From an uncultured virus (IMG/VR IMGVR_UViG_3300029258_003428) (Duplodnaviria; Heunggongvirae; Uroviricota; Caudoviricetes): a stretch of 20,000 nt of DNA. The stretch lies in IMG/VR virus record IMGVR_UViG_3300029258_003428, one strand, 5' to 3'. A program made the translations under genes and the position numbers. The notes under the pieces were generated by a model, which worked only from the letters and a program-made list of their open reading frames with translations, was not told where the DNA came from and did no database searches. Below are positions 1 through 8,586 of the stretch, piece by piece. How positions within the stretch are numbered: position 1 is the stretch's first letter; every line of letters begins with the position of its first letter.

Positions 1-1
1 C

Positions 2-610
2 AAGCACGAGACAGTGAGCTGGCACTCGGGCGACAACTACCACAGCGAGGCGTGTGTGCTGCAGGGTTATTTCTACAGCCGCCACATCAAGACCTTCAAG
101 CCCAAGAAGGGCCAGGACGGACATCCCTCGAAAGATCAGATGCACACCCTTTTAACATTCACCGATGAGTACGTCATCGAGCATCTGGGAATCGACGAGA
201 AACAAGTGGTGGGGCACTACATGTCTCCGCACCCCAAGCCAACCTGCCCGGGTGACGATGTGGAATACTTCCTGGACGGCGTGCAGGAGGGCATCATCTA
301 CTCAGGGACGCCTGACGACGTGGAGGAGAAGGTGATTCAGAAGGTGCCGGGGGCGCTTAAGCTGGATACCTGGGCGGAGCGTCAGGCGGCGTTGGTGTGG
401 CTCGGGCACGACCTCGGCAACTACGGAGAGCTTGGTAACGGCGTGGACGGAGACCCGGGGAATCTGACCAGAATGGCCATTGAGACGCAGGAAGAGCTGA
501 TGATGTTGAAGGTGGACGGATATTGGGACGACGTCTTTGACTTTCAGATCAAGATGTTGTTGATGGCGCTCAGCTGTACGCAAGACGATCTGGAGATGTT
601 GATTCCATGA
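2..610 (+). CDS. Endolysin: N-acetylmuramoyl-L-alanine amidase (Amidase_2-like) with C-terminal peptidoglycan-binding domain; 5'-truncated by window edge
   Basis: Frame is open from position 2. Amidase-type motifs SWHSG-N, PSKDQ..TL, VVGH...KPTCPG (His/Cys zinc ligands). C-terminal QAALVWLGHDLG..GVDGDPGNLTRMAI...LKVDG fits PG_binding_1. Confidence 0.8.
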   Translation, partial: KHETVSWHSGDNYHSEACVLQGYFYSRHIKTFKPKKGQDGHPSKDQMHTLLTFTDEYVIEHLGIDEKQVVGHYMSPHPKPTCPGDDVEYFLDGVQEGIIYSGTPDDVEEKVIQKVPGALKLDTWAERQAALVWLGHDLGNYGELGNGVDGDPGNLTRMAIETQEELMMLKVDGYWDDVFDFQIKMLLMALSCTQDDLEMLIP

Positions 611-834
611 TCGAGAAGGGACAGACCATTACGTGTCCAGCTTGCAAGAAGGAAGTATACCGAGCACGTGAGGACATCTCCTATGGGGCGAATATGGCCA
701 GCAAGTATTTGGAATACATGGACGGCGCGCCGGTCAAGAAGTACACAAAAATGGCGTGTCCAAACTGCTGGATCATATATCGTTCTATCTCGACAAAGAA
801 CAGGGAGTTGATTCTCGTAGGGCAAATGGAGTAG
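607..834 (+). CDS. Small zinc-ribbon protein
   Basis: ATGA overlap with upstream stop; CPAC and CPNC pairs. Confidence 0.7.
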   Translation: MIEKGQTITCPACKKEVYRAREDISYGANMASKYLEYMDGAPVKKYTKMACPNCWIIYRSISTKNRELILVGQME

Positions 835-836
835 TG

Positions 837-1034
837 ATGGTGACCAAGAAGAAGACAACGAAGAAGTCGGCGAACGACAGGGTCAACCTGAAGCTACCGG
901 CGGACTTGAAGAAGTGGATGTTTAAGTACGCGGAGAAACATGGAACAACAGTTACTCAAATGATCATAGATCACTTCGTGCGTGTTCGGAACACCGAGAG
1001 TAAGAAGCTATCGGGAGACGCGGAGCAGGTATGA
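837..1034 (+). CDS. Ribbon-helix-helix (Arc/CopG-like) DNA-binding protein
   Basis: ATG at 837 after GGAG; RVNLKLPADLKKWMFKYAEKHGTTVTQMI is a typical RHH strand-helix-G-x-S/T-helix pattern. Confidence 0.7.
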   Translation: MVTKKKTTKKSANDRVNLKLPADLKKWMFKYAEKHGTTVTQMIIDHFVRVRNTESKKLSGDAEQV

Positions 1035-1210
1035 ATATGGGGCTGCACGAGGTCTGCGTAAATATCGTTAAGGCTTTTTATGACGATGCGGGCTTCGTGT
1101 TGACTCCCGCTGATGTCAGGCTTCTGGCCCAAAACATCTGCAGTGGGCTCTGGAAAGCAGTGATGGAGCCCTTTGAGGAGGAAGAGGAATGGCCGACGTT
1201 AGAGGACTAG
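1031..1210 (+). CDS. Hypothetical 59-aa protein (not in the supplied ORF track)
   Basis: ATGA coupling to the RHH gene stop; MNMGLHEVCVNIVKAFYDDAG...WPTLED; fills the gap exactly. Confidence 0.6.
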   Translation: MNMGLHEVCVNIVKAFYDDAGFVLTPADVRLLAQNICSGLWKAVMEPFEEEEEWPTLED

Positions 1211-2022
1211 GCGATGATGCACCGGCTGGTTGGGTGCTCGAGGAGTACACCACGCCGATGCCGAAGGGCCGCAAGGCGATCTTGGAGGAGGTTGGCAAGA
1301 TCTTCCTGCTGGGTAAGGTGCAGTCCATTCGTCTCGAGGTGGGAAAACCCATCGCATACACGATGTTCATCAAGGAGGACGAGGCAACTCAGCGTCGCTT
1401 TGAGGAGCAGGCTGGCGGGATGACCGTCGGGGAAGTGGCGCGAAACATCGAGATGATCGAATACGAGGGAGATCTTGGCGAGGCTCGTCTGCACAGCGTG
1501 GCCTTGATCAGGATGTTCCTCTCCATTTCCGCCAGGGGTCTTTTTTTAACTCACATCGGCGTAGGCATGGAGAGCCGGTTCTTCGACTGGATTGACATGG
1601 ACAAGCTGATGTTCGGCGGCATCGAGAGTTTCGCTGGAGCGCGATTGATCTACGACAAGAACCTACCAGACGATGCGTTGATCCTTTTTGGTGGTCCACA
1701 CCCAGGCGGCCGGACGGACCAAATCACTTTCGCAGTCAAGTGCCATTTGTTCTCCGAGGAGGACATTGAGGAGGTAACCGATGAGCAAGATCACAAACAA
1801 GCTGCTGGAAGCGGGGATCGTCCCGGAGAACGGAGTGAAGCAGATGGAGCAGTGGAGGACGATTCCCCAGGGCTCGTCAAAGAAAATCGGCGAGTTCAGC
1901 CGCGAAAAGGTCGACGCCCTGCGCGAGGACCTCGAGCTGCAGCAGCTCCCTCAGCTTCACGAGACAGTGATGGACGCGGACAAGATCGTCGAGAAGGGAA
2001 GAGTGGTGACGCTTCTACGTGA
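1189..2022 (+). CDS. Hypothetical protein
   Basis: GAGGA SD; globular-looking for ~195 aa, then a low-complexity tail overlapping the next gene. Confidence 0.7.
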   Translation: MADVRGLGDDAPAGWVLEEYTTPMPKGRKAILEEVGKIFLLGKVQSIRLEVGKPIAYTMFIKEDEATQRRFEEQAGGMTVGEVARNIEMIEYEGDLGEARLHSVALIRMFLSISARGLFLTHIGVGMESRFFDWIDMDKLMFGGIESFAGARLIYDKNLPDDALILFGGPHPGGRTDQITFAVKCHLFSEEDIEEVTDEQDHKQAAGSGDRPGERSEADGAVEDDSPGLVKENRRVQPRKGRRPARGPRAAAAPSASRDSDGRGQDRREGKSGDAST

Positions 2023-2296
2023 GCCCTTCAAGGTCGGGGTCCATGTAGGGGTCGATCGTATCGGTCGGTACATCGTTCCCATCCCGCGCGATCCAGACGA
2101 CTACAAGGCAGTGGCCCCGCTCATGTCTCCGCTGACCAAGTTGTACGACGGGGCCTTGCCGGAGCCGCGTGATGCGCGGATGATCACCGCAGTTTCGGTC
2201 TTGTACGAAACGAAAGCTCGGGACGTATCGGTCCCCGCCTATTGGTTTTGCGAGACCGAGGCCGAGGGCGAAGAGAACGTCGTGAGGTACGGGTGA
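1781..2296 (+). CDS. Hypothetical protein
   Basis: Strong SD GAGGAGGT before ATG 1781; protein-like composition. Confidence 0.7.
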   Translation: MSKITNKLLEAGIVPENGVKQMEQWRTIPQGSSKKIGEFSREKVDALREDLELQQLPQLHETVMDADKIVEKGRVVTLLREPFKVGVHVGVDRIGRYIVPIPRDPDDYKAVAPLMSPLTKLYDGALPEPRDARMITAVSVLYETKARDVSVPAYWFCETEAEGEENVVRYG

Positions 2297-2667
2297 TGCC
2301 CAGGTGCTTCGTGTGCAACAAGAGAACCCCGCCGCCCCAGCTGCGAACCATCGGCTGGAACAACAGGGGCGTACCTGAAGATGAACTCGCCTGCCCGACC
2401 TGCAGGCGCAAACGACTGACCCATGTGGTCAGCAAACAGGAGGTAACAGTCATGGCCAAGAACGAACAACCCAAGCCGATCTTCACGCTCGAGGTCTTCG
2501 AGAACGGCAAGGACGACTACCGTGTCGTGATCAACGCCAAGGTAGGCGGTCTACGCCTCGAGGTGGACAAGACCGTGGAAGAGATCAGGGACTTCTTCAC
2601 CAAGCGCAAGGAGCGCAGGTTGAAGGGCAAGGACGCTGAAGTTCGCAAGTTGAAGTCTGTGGAGTAG
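2296..2667 (+). CDS. Hypothetical protein with N-terminal zinc finger; second in-frame start at 2452
   Basis: TGATG coupling at 2294-2298; CFVC..CPTC; internal AGGAGGT SD before in-frame ATG 2452. Confidence 0.6.
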   Translation: MPRCFVCNKRTPPPQLRTIGWNNRGVPEDELACPTCRRKRLTHVVSKQEVTVMAKNEQPKPIFTLEVFENGKDDYRVVINAKVGGLRLEVDKTVEEIRDFFTKRKERRLKGKDAEVRKLKSVE

Positions 2668-2670
2668 CCG

Positions 2671-2955
2671 ATGAGCTATCTGGTATGTGGTATCTACGAC
2701 AAACGTCCGGAGGTGTGCCGGCAATATCCGAACCGCTACAGCTACATGCCAGATAGCTGTGGTTACTTCTTCAGCGACAAGCGGGAGGGGTGTTGCTATC
2801 TGGAGTGTCAGGCGGCTTGTTGTATGGAGCCGCGGGAGGGCGGAGAGCCGGGAGGGGCACCTCTGCCCGACATCGCCGGGGGCGAGCCATGCAAGTATCT
2901 CATTTCCGTGGATGAGCCGCCAGAGGGCGCTATAATCGAGAGGCCAGAGGAGTGA
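2671..2955 (+). CDS. YkgJ/CxxCxxCC-family-like Cys-rich metal-binding protein (motif order permuted)
   Basis: CGIYDKRPEVCRQYP, CYLECQAACC and GEPCKYL motifs. Confidence 0.7.
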   Translation: MSYLVCGIYDKRPEVCRQYPNRYSYMPDSCGYFFSDKREGCCYLECQAACCMEPREGGEPGGAPLPDIAGGEPCKYLISVDEPPEGAIIERPEE

Positions 2956-3596
2956 TGGGACGCAAGCTCAGGAAGTTGTCCGAGGGTGAAGAAGTTGAGG
3001 TTCCTGCTTTCCTGCAGGACGCGCGGGTCGTGGTAGTAGACACTGAGACGACGGGGTTCGACAGTAAGAGGGACAGGATCATTGAGATTGGAGCAATTTG
3101 GATCAACCGCGGTAGGGTCGTCACCGAGTTCGGTCGCATCTTGAATCCTGGACGAAGGCTGCCGCTGGACATCATGAAGCTGACGGGGATCACACAGAGC
3201 GAGGTGGATGCGGCAGACCCTTTCTGGAAGATCTCCAGTTTCGTGGTAGATCTTCTCGAGGCTCCATCCGTCATTGTGGCGTACAACAGTCCATTCGACA
3301 TGGGTTTTTTGAAGAGCGAGATCGAAAGGGCTGGGCGGGAAGTTCCACGCTTCGGTCCCGTTATCGATCCACTCAAGTGGACGCGGCACGAAGATCGAGG
3401 TAAGAGTTGCAAGCTGGGCGTTGCTGCGGCGAGGCGCGGCATCGAGGTAGAAGGAGCTCACCGGGCGGTGGACGACTGTAGGATCACTTTGGCGTTGATG
3501 AACACGCTCAAGTTCCCGAGCACCTTGTCTCAGACCATCGAAAATCAGAAGCACTTGAAGACCAACAACTATCGCAGACGCGGTGGTATAAGGTAG
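2955..3596 (+). CDS. DEDDh 3'-5' exonuclease (DNA polymerase III epsilon-like)
   Basis: ExoI VVDTETTG, ExoII AYNSPFDMGFL, ExoIII AHRAVDD; TGATG coupling at start. Confidence 0.92.
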   Translation: MGRKLRKLSEGEEVEVPAFLQDARVVVVDTETTGFDSKRDRIIEIGAIWINRGRVVTEFGRILNPGRRLPLDIMKLTGITQSEVDAADPFWKISSFVVDLLEAPSVIVAYNSPFDMGFLKSEIERAGREVPRFGPVIDPLKWTRHEDRGKSCKLGVAAARRGIEVEGAHRAVDDCRITLALMNTLKFPSTLSQTIENQKHLKTNNYRRRGGIR

Positions 3597-3625
3597 CCAA
3601 CCGAAACCACTTAGCGGAGGAAGAA

Positions 3626-4450
3626 ATGCCAGGAGTAACTGAAGAGAACATCAAGCACTGGTTAAGGATGGACATACCGAAGGAGCTGTTGGAGGCGTTG
3701 GACGCATCGAGGAAGCTGGGCGGGTCATACATAGAGGACCTGCTCAAGAAGGGGATCTATAGGTTGGAGGAGATGTACGGCGACCAGGCGGAGCTCAACC
3801 TGGACTCGGTGATCGCAGAGGCGATCCAGAGCTTCACGGAGAAGCAGAGGAAGACCTCCGAGAACAGGTCCTCCCTGGACGACGCGAAGCGGACGACGGA
3901 GACGGTGGACAAGCAGGAGGTCGAGGTCGTCGTGAAACACGAGGTGGACGGGGAATCCTTCGAGCGGCGGTACTTGCTTGATCAGGCTTCCATCAATCAA
4001 AACAGGCAGTACAGCAAGGAGTACGACGAAAATGGCAGATGTGCGGACATCGTGCCGGTCGGAAAGCCATACCTCGTGGTGACTGGTGTAGTGGTCGGGG
4101 GGAGTAACTCCCCGGCTAAAGATCTGCAAGTGTGCGCGGACAAGATCAAAGATCTGCAAGTGTACGCGGACAAGATCGCAGACCGGCTAAGTCTGGAGGT
4201 CACGTGGTGCGGAAGGACCATGGCAACGCTGGAGATAGACGAGAGGACACTGGTAGCGGGAGACAAGCCAGTCGACGAGCTCGTCGCCGGCTTTTGCGAT
4301 CGAGCGGCGCGGGAGATCAACATACCGAACGTGTCGGCGAAGGACATCCACAGGGAACTCTCGCTCGCTGTCGGATCGCGCTACGAAGAAATCGCTGCCC
4401 AGTCACCGGTAAACGAGTCCCCAGCGTCAGAAAGATCAAGCGAAAGCTAG
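3626..4450 (+). CDS. Hypothetical protein, possible N-terminal RHH-like region
   Basis: GGAGG SD; LRMDIPKELLEALDASRKLGGSYIEDLL resembles RHH; 274 aa. Confidence 0.7.
   Translation: MPGVTEENIKHWLRMDIPKELLEALDASRKLGGSYIEDLLKKGIYRLEEMYGDQAELNLDSVIAEAIQSFTEKQRKTSENRSSLDDAKRTTETVDKQEVEVVVKHEVDGESFERRYLLDQASINQNRQYSKEYDENGRCADIVPVGKPYLVVTGVVVGGSNSPAKDLQVCADKIKDLQVYADKIADRLSLEVTWCGRTMATLEIDERTLVAGDKPVDELVAGFCDRAAREINIPNVSAKDIHRELSLAVGSRYEEIAAQSPVNESPASERSSES
4118..4177 (+). repeat. In-frame 30-bp tandem duplication
   Basis: AAAGATCTGCAAGTGT(G/A)CGCGGACAAGATC x2, one mismatch; encodes KDLQVCADKI KDLQVYADKI. Confidence 0.95.
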
Positions 4451-4470
4451 ACGGGAGGATCAAGGTATGG

Positions 4471-5034
4471 ATGGGGTTCCCACGGGACTGGCTTCCGGAT
4501 GTCGCGCAAGTGATCGCAGAGGTTCTGCACGAGAACGCTCTGCGGCGCGGCATACCGGAGACCGTTCGACGATCGGAAATCGTTCTGGAGGGAAGGAATC
4601 CGTTGTTGATGTCCTCGACACACACGACCACCATGAAAGATGGGGCAAAGATCCCTACGTGGCGGGGCAAGAAGTTCGAGGGCAGGGAGTCGCTGAAACA
4701 AGCGATCTCGGACCTGATGGATGGCGTAGATGAAGATGACGGTAGAGGTGCTTTTGGGAATCCAGCTGGAAGATTCCGGTACGATGCTTTCGCCAAAGAA
4801 TTTGCGGCCATCGGGGCGGGTGTACGCAACGAAGATGGCGTTCAAGGCGTTGTGCAAGATTCTGCACGAGAAATACGGGATTGGACTGGACGTGGTGAGT
4901 CAGTCGGCCGAGGCCGCATCATCGATGTGCAGTATGATCGCCAACGGGGACATGGACTGGGAAGAGAACAACCTGATTCGAAAGAAGCGCGAGATGCTTC
5001 GCAGGAGGACAAGGAAAAATGCAAGCCTGGATAG
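4471..5034 (+). CDS. Hypothetical protein (start uncertain)
   Basis: Part of ORF 4132-5034; ATG 4471 follows GGGAGG; fills the gap between neighbours; 3' half overlaps the next ORF. Confidence 0.45.
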   Translation: MGFPRDWLPDVAQVIAEVLHENALRRGIPETVRRSEIVLEGRNPLLMSSTHTTTMKDGAKIPTWRGKKFEGRESLKQAISDLMDGVDEDDGRGAFGNPAGRFRYDAFAKEFAAIGAGVRNEDGVQGVVQDSAREIRDWTGRGESVGRGRIIDVQYDRQRGHGLGREQPDSKEARDASQEDKEKCKPG

Positions 5035-5053
5035 AGATGATCAAACAAAATAA
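4730..5053 (+). CDS. Hypothetical protein
   Basis: Protein-like 107-aa ORF overlapping both neighbours. Confidence 0.5.
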   Translation: MKMTVEVLLGIQLEDSGTMLSPKNLRPSGRVYATKMAFKALCKILHEKYGIGLDVVSQSAEAASSMCSMIANGDMDWEENNLIRKKREMLRRRTRKNASLDRDDQTK

Positions 5054-5684
5054 GGTCACATTCGTCATTGGTGGGCTGATCGTCATTCTGGCCATTGGCG
5101 GTGTCATCTACGGCATTGCCACGAAGGCCGGGGATGAAGGGTTTCACGCGGCGGCGGACGGGACAGTCCTGAAGTGGGACCGCTCGGCCCTGCCGCTGAC
5201 TTGCTTTCACGACACATTCCCCAATGAGGAGCACCAGGCTGCGCTGAAGGAGGCGATCGGGAAGATCTCCAAGGCTGGGATATCGGCGTTCATGCCGTGC
5301 CAGCCTTGGATGGTCTCCGATCCCTTCCCCACAAAGCACGTCAAAAACACGGTCTTGATCAAGGTTGGCGCTCCGCCGGAGCCAGAACGAGAAGTGGTGG
5401 TCACTTCTCCGTTCGAACCGAAGCACGGGGCGTCCACATTTTTAGCTCATGTCAAGGGAAAAGGGATCTACGGCGCGATCGTTTATATCATGCCAGACCT
5501 TGATAAGAAGCTGTACGGTAGGGTCTACCTGCACGAGCTTTTGCACGCCCTGGGCTTGACACACGACCGTGTTCGCGATTCGATTATGTATCCGACAGCA
5601 GCAGAGAGGGCCACCGACCTGTCCAGTAAGGACACTAAACTACTGCTGAAAACCTACGGAGAGCGGAACGATGAGCCTAGCTGA
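5019..5684 (+). CDS. Membrane-anchored matrixin/M10-like zinc metallopeptidase (metzincin)
   Basis: N-terminal hydrophobic helix VTFVIGGLIVILAIGGVIYGIA; HELLHALGLTH (HExxHxxGxxH); Met-turn SIMYP. Confidence 0.88.
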   Translation: MQAWIEMIKQNKVTFVIGGLIVILAIGGVIYGIATKAGDEGFHAAADGTVLKWDRSALPLTCFHDTFPNEEHQAALKEAIGKISKAGISAFMPCQPWMVSDPFPTKHVKNTVLIKVGAPPEPEREVVVTSPFEPKHGASTFLAHVKGKGIYGAIVYIMPDLDKKLYGRVYLHELLHALGLTHDRVRDSIMYPTAAERATDLSSKDTKLLLKTYGERNDEPS

Positions 5685-6144
5685 TCAAATCTGCAGCACA
5701 TTCGGCGCATTGAAGGTCAACCCGACGAGTAAACCCGCGGTGATCAAAGCCGTCCAGGGCGATACCAGGCTGCACGTATCTGTGCGCGTCGATCCAAAGA
5801 AGCTGAAGCCGTGGTTGGCCGCGATGGAGTACGTCTTGAAGAACAAGCAGGGGTGGGATGTTCACCTCTGCAAGCAGTACTTCATTCGAGGCGGCAAGAT
5901 CATGTACGCCTGGAACTTCATCGCGCAGTGGGCGTCGGAGGACATTTCAGAGCAGGTTCTCACAAACATGCTCGAGGTGCTCAAGTTCGCCGCGCGCAAT
6001 ATGCCGAAGGTCGTGCACCAGATAACAGAGTATCCGCTGGCTGGGGCTGGAGACGATCGAAACAAGCCCGAGGGGTCCATGAACCCAAAGGCCAGCGGAT
6101 ACAAGCAGCGTGGGGCACACCCCATCAGGCTGGGAAGGAAGTGA
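5671..6144 (+). CDS. Hypothetical protein
   Basis: 157-aa ORF, GGAG SD, overlaps upstream stop. Confidence 0.7.
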   Translation: MSLADQICSTFGALKVNPTSKPAVIKAVQGDTRLHVSVRVDPKKLKPWLAAMEYVLKNKQGWDVHLCKQYFIRGGKIMYAWNFIAQWASEDISEQVLTNMLEVLKFAARNMPKVVHQITEYPLAGAGDDRNKPEGSMNPKASGYKQRGAHPIRLGRK

Positions 6145-6148
6145 TCTA

Positions 6149-6862
6149 ATGACTGAGTTCGGGCCGGAAACCAGTCTTCAGTATCAGAAGGACCTCTACG
6201 ACAGGGAGAAGCGTGGAGAGACCATCGAGCCCCTGAGCGGGGAGGAGCTCGAGCGGGTCCAGAAATCGATTGAGGCAATGTCGAAGCTCCTCGCTGACGA
6301 CTCGATTATCGCCAAGTACAAGCTCGAGGTTCAGTTCGGGAAGAATCGGACATCCAAGGGCTTCCCCTTCGCCGGTGTCTTGTCTTGTTGGGTGTCTGGA
6401 TCTAAGCTTCACGGCGGTGGGGACGAGAAGATGTACGAGTGCCCCAACAAGCAGTGCAGGGCGTGGATTTTGCCATCAGACTTAGGACACAGCGTGGTCA
6501 AGGACGAGAAAGGGAACCCCAGTGAGGTTCCTGTGGGGTACTGCGGCGGATGCGGATCGGTCTGGCCGGCAGAGCAGTTGATTGGAGAGCGATTCCTCAA
6601 ACTGACGGAGCAGCATTGGGCGCAGGCCATTCTGCAGATCTTCGTGCGCCTGGAGATGAATGCCGACATCTACTTGAAGTACAGCCCAGAGGACGTGCGC
6701 TACAAGGCAATGATGGAGATGGCTCGCAATCGCGGTGGAGAAGAAATCGCCAAGGCTCGACGCCTAAGAGGGCTGAATATCTACCCACTCCGCAACATCA
6801 TCAAAGACACGAAGCACGGAGCTCCGTTGTATGGTAGGATCAGAGCCTTCATCAACGCATGA
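6149..6862 (+). CDS. Hypothetical protein with zinc-ribbon insert
   Basis: ATG 6149 after AAGGAAG; CPNKQC and CGGC pairs. Confidence 0.75.
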   Translation: MTEFGPETSLQYQKDLYDREKRGETIEPLSGEELERVQKSIEAMSKLLADDSIIAKYKLEVQFGKNRTSKGFPFAGVLSCWVSGSKLHGGGDEKMYECPNKQCRAWILPSDLGHSVVKDEKGNPSEVPVGYCGGCGSVWPAEQLIGERFLKLTEQHWAQAILQIFVRLEMNADIYLKYSPEDVRYKAMMEMARNRGGEEIAKARRLRGLNIYPLRNIIKDTKHGAPLYGRIRAFINA

Positions 6863-7230
6863 CCGAACCAAAGACCATAGGAGATCTCCTGGAGTTGTTC
6901 GCTCTCACAGAGCAGGAGAACTCCGTGTGGGGTGAGGTGGAGAGATTCCTTGACACATTTATCTCCACCGATACTTACCAGCCGTCCAAGGGTATAGCCA
7001 CCGTTGTTGGAGACGGAGTCGTACCTGAGGACACAATCGTCCTCGTACGCGATAAGGTCCAAGATATCAGGACCGTGTTGAGCAGAGAGATCGAGCGGAC
7101 CAAAAAGAAACCCATCAGTGCCTCGCCCAAAAAGAAGGCGACGGGCCGGAAAGCACCGAAGCGGAGCAAGCTAAATGTCAAAAAGAAAAAGCAAACCAAA
7201 AAGAAACGCAAAACCTCTGACCGCGCGTAA
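6859..7230 (+). CDS. Hypothetical protein with Lys-rich C-terminal tail
   Basis: ATGA coupling; acidic N-terminus, basic tail. Confidence 0.65.
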   Translation: MTEPKTIGDLLELFALTEQENSVWGEVERFLDTFISTDTYQPSKGIATVVGDGVVPEDTIVLVRDKVQDIRTVLSREIERTKKKPISASPKKKATGRKAPKRSKLNVKKKKQTKKKRKTSDRA

Positions 7231-8257
7231 GAAGGTTCTGCAGAGTAATGTACACCTCCAGCAGACCATCTCGGAAATGGTGAGGGATTTCGACGCCCGG
7301 CGGAATGAGACCGAGAAGCGCATTTCTGAAAGCAACCAGCAGCTCTGGCGCAACCAGCAGGAGCAGAACGAGGGCCTGCGCATCGCTGAGAAACACGCAA
7401 TGATCCAGCGACGTGTCTTCAATGATGCATTGGCTGGGTGCACGCGCGTCACGAGCATCGAGCGGAAGATCCAGGAGGGATCGGACGAGGTGGAAGAGGT
7501 CCAGGTCATCGACTGGGACTGGTACGCCGAGCAGTTGATCAACAGCGCCGATTATAACGACTTCATCGTTGGCGTCCTGGTTCCGGAGGAGACCGTGAAG
7601 CAGAAGACCGAGCAGCGGTCTCAGCGCGCTCGTGCGCAGGTCCTGCACTACTGTGTCTCCAAGGCCCTGGCCAAGGATGAGGCAAAGCTCAGAGAGGCGC
7701 TGGAGGGGGATGGCCTGGAAGGTCTGCTCAAGGACTTCATGCCCAACGGCGTGGATTGGACGGACGAGATGAGTCTCGAGATGGAGGACATTGCCAAGGC
7801 CGGTCTGATGCTTTGGGAGCAGAAGAAGCAGGAAGCCATCAAACGGGCCAAGAAGGTCAGGATCCACAGCGCCATCGATAAGCTGGTCAGGGTTATGCCA
7901 GACGAGTCCATCAGGAAGACGGCAGATCGCATCGAGGCTGGAGAGCCCATCCTGAAGGATAAGGATGGGAACGAGATCGAGCTGAGCGATGAAGAGGCCA
8001 AGGAGGCCGCCGAATTGATGCGTTCCAAGATCAACGATCCCGAAGCCATCGAGAAGGCCAAGAATGAGCTGATGGAGGAGACGGCCGCTGTGGCCAAGAT
8101 AGCCACAGAGGCCCAGGAAGCCATCGCCAAGGGGGACGCTGAGACGGCCGGTAGGAAGATGGCTGAGCTGGAAGAAAAGGTCGAGGAGGCCGAGGCCAAG
8201 GCCCCTGATGACCCAAACAAGCAGTTCCCGGAAGGGGCTTCGATCTTCGGAGGATAA
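7175..8257 (+). CDS. Coiled-coil-rich hypothetical protein
   Basis: 360 aa, E/K/A-rich helical composition. Confidence 0.8.
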   Translation: MSKRKSKPKRNAKPLTARKKVLQSNVHLQQTISEMVRDFDARRNETEKRISESNQQLWRNQQEQNEGLRIAEKHAMIQRRVFNDALAGCTRVTSIERKIQEGSDEVEEVQVIDWDWYAEQLINSADYNDFIVGVLVPEETVKQKTEQRSQRARAQVLHYCVSKALAKDEAKLREALEGDGLEGLLKDFMPNGVDWTDEMSLEMEDIAKAGLMLWEQKKQEAIKRAKKVRIHSAIDKLVRVMPDESIRKTADRIEAGEPILKDKDGNEIELSDEEAKEAAELMRSKINDPEAIEKAKNELMEETAAVAKIATEAQEAIAKGDAETAGRKMAELEEKVEEAEAKAPDDPNKQFPEGASIFGG

Positions 8258-8258
8258 C

Positions 8259-8447
8259 ATGCCGCGTATCATCAGGGGGACAGCCGAGAAGAAGTACAAC
8301 ATCGTCAAGACCCAACATCGTTCAAACATCAACAAGATGCGTTGCCAGGGCTGCAGGTTGGGTTACGCAGAGCGTGTTCAGACGGCCGGCGGGTGGGTCT
8401 ATCGTTGCAACCGGTGCGGCCGGGAGTACACTGTAGACAAGCTGTAG
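8259..8447 (+). CDS. Small zinc-ribbon protein
   Basis: GGAGG SD before ATG 8259; CQGC..CNRC. Confidence 0.7.
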   Translation: MPRIIRGTAEKKYNIVKTQHRSNINKMRCQGCRLGYAERVQTAGGWVYRCNRCGREYTVDKL

Positions 8448-8453
8448 AACTAA

Positions 8454-8490
8454 AGAGAGGTCGGTCGTCCTCTCTAAACCCGAGGGGTTT
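8454..8490. terminator. Two adjacent hairpins after the last + strand gene
   Basis: AGAGAGG/CCTCTCT (8454-8475) and AAACCC/GGGTTT (8476-8490) inverted repeats. Confidence 0.45.
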
Positions 8491-8559
8491 GGCTGATTGC
8501 GGTCTGGTCTTTACGTCACAGAGCACTCAAGTACCCACCTGATTAATCATTTTGTAGCT

Positions 8560-8586
8560 AAGAAAAGACAGCCCGGCCGGGCTGCC
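8560..8586 (-). terminator. Rho-independent terminator closing the array on the - strand
   Basis: Minus strand reads GGCAGCCC-GGCC-GGGCTGTC-TTTTCTT: GC stem followed by a U-rich tract. Confidence 0.7.

Noticed and set aside
1781..2022. Long same-strand overlaps (also 4730-5034) as evidence of recoding or dual coding
   Set aside because: In GC3-rich genes this shifted frame rarely contains stops, and the overlapping tails are low-complexity. TAA, TAG and TGA all appear to end genes, so there is no sign of an alternative code.
2955..3596. DEDDh exonuclease as part of the Cas7-like system
   Set aside because: It lies 5 kb away in the opposite transcription block and is a common phage gene; nothing links it to the locus.
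7178..8335. 385-aa antisense ORF and similar shadows (e.g. 2808-3554, 16424-17116, 19297-19983)
   Set aside because: Shadow frames overlapping better-supported genes, with biased composition and no motifs.
8448..8560. tRNA in the intergenic region
   Set aside because: Hairpins are present but I could not find a cloverleaf or a T-loop GTTC motif.
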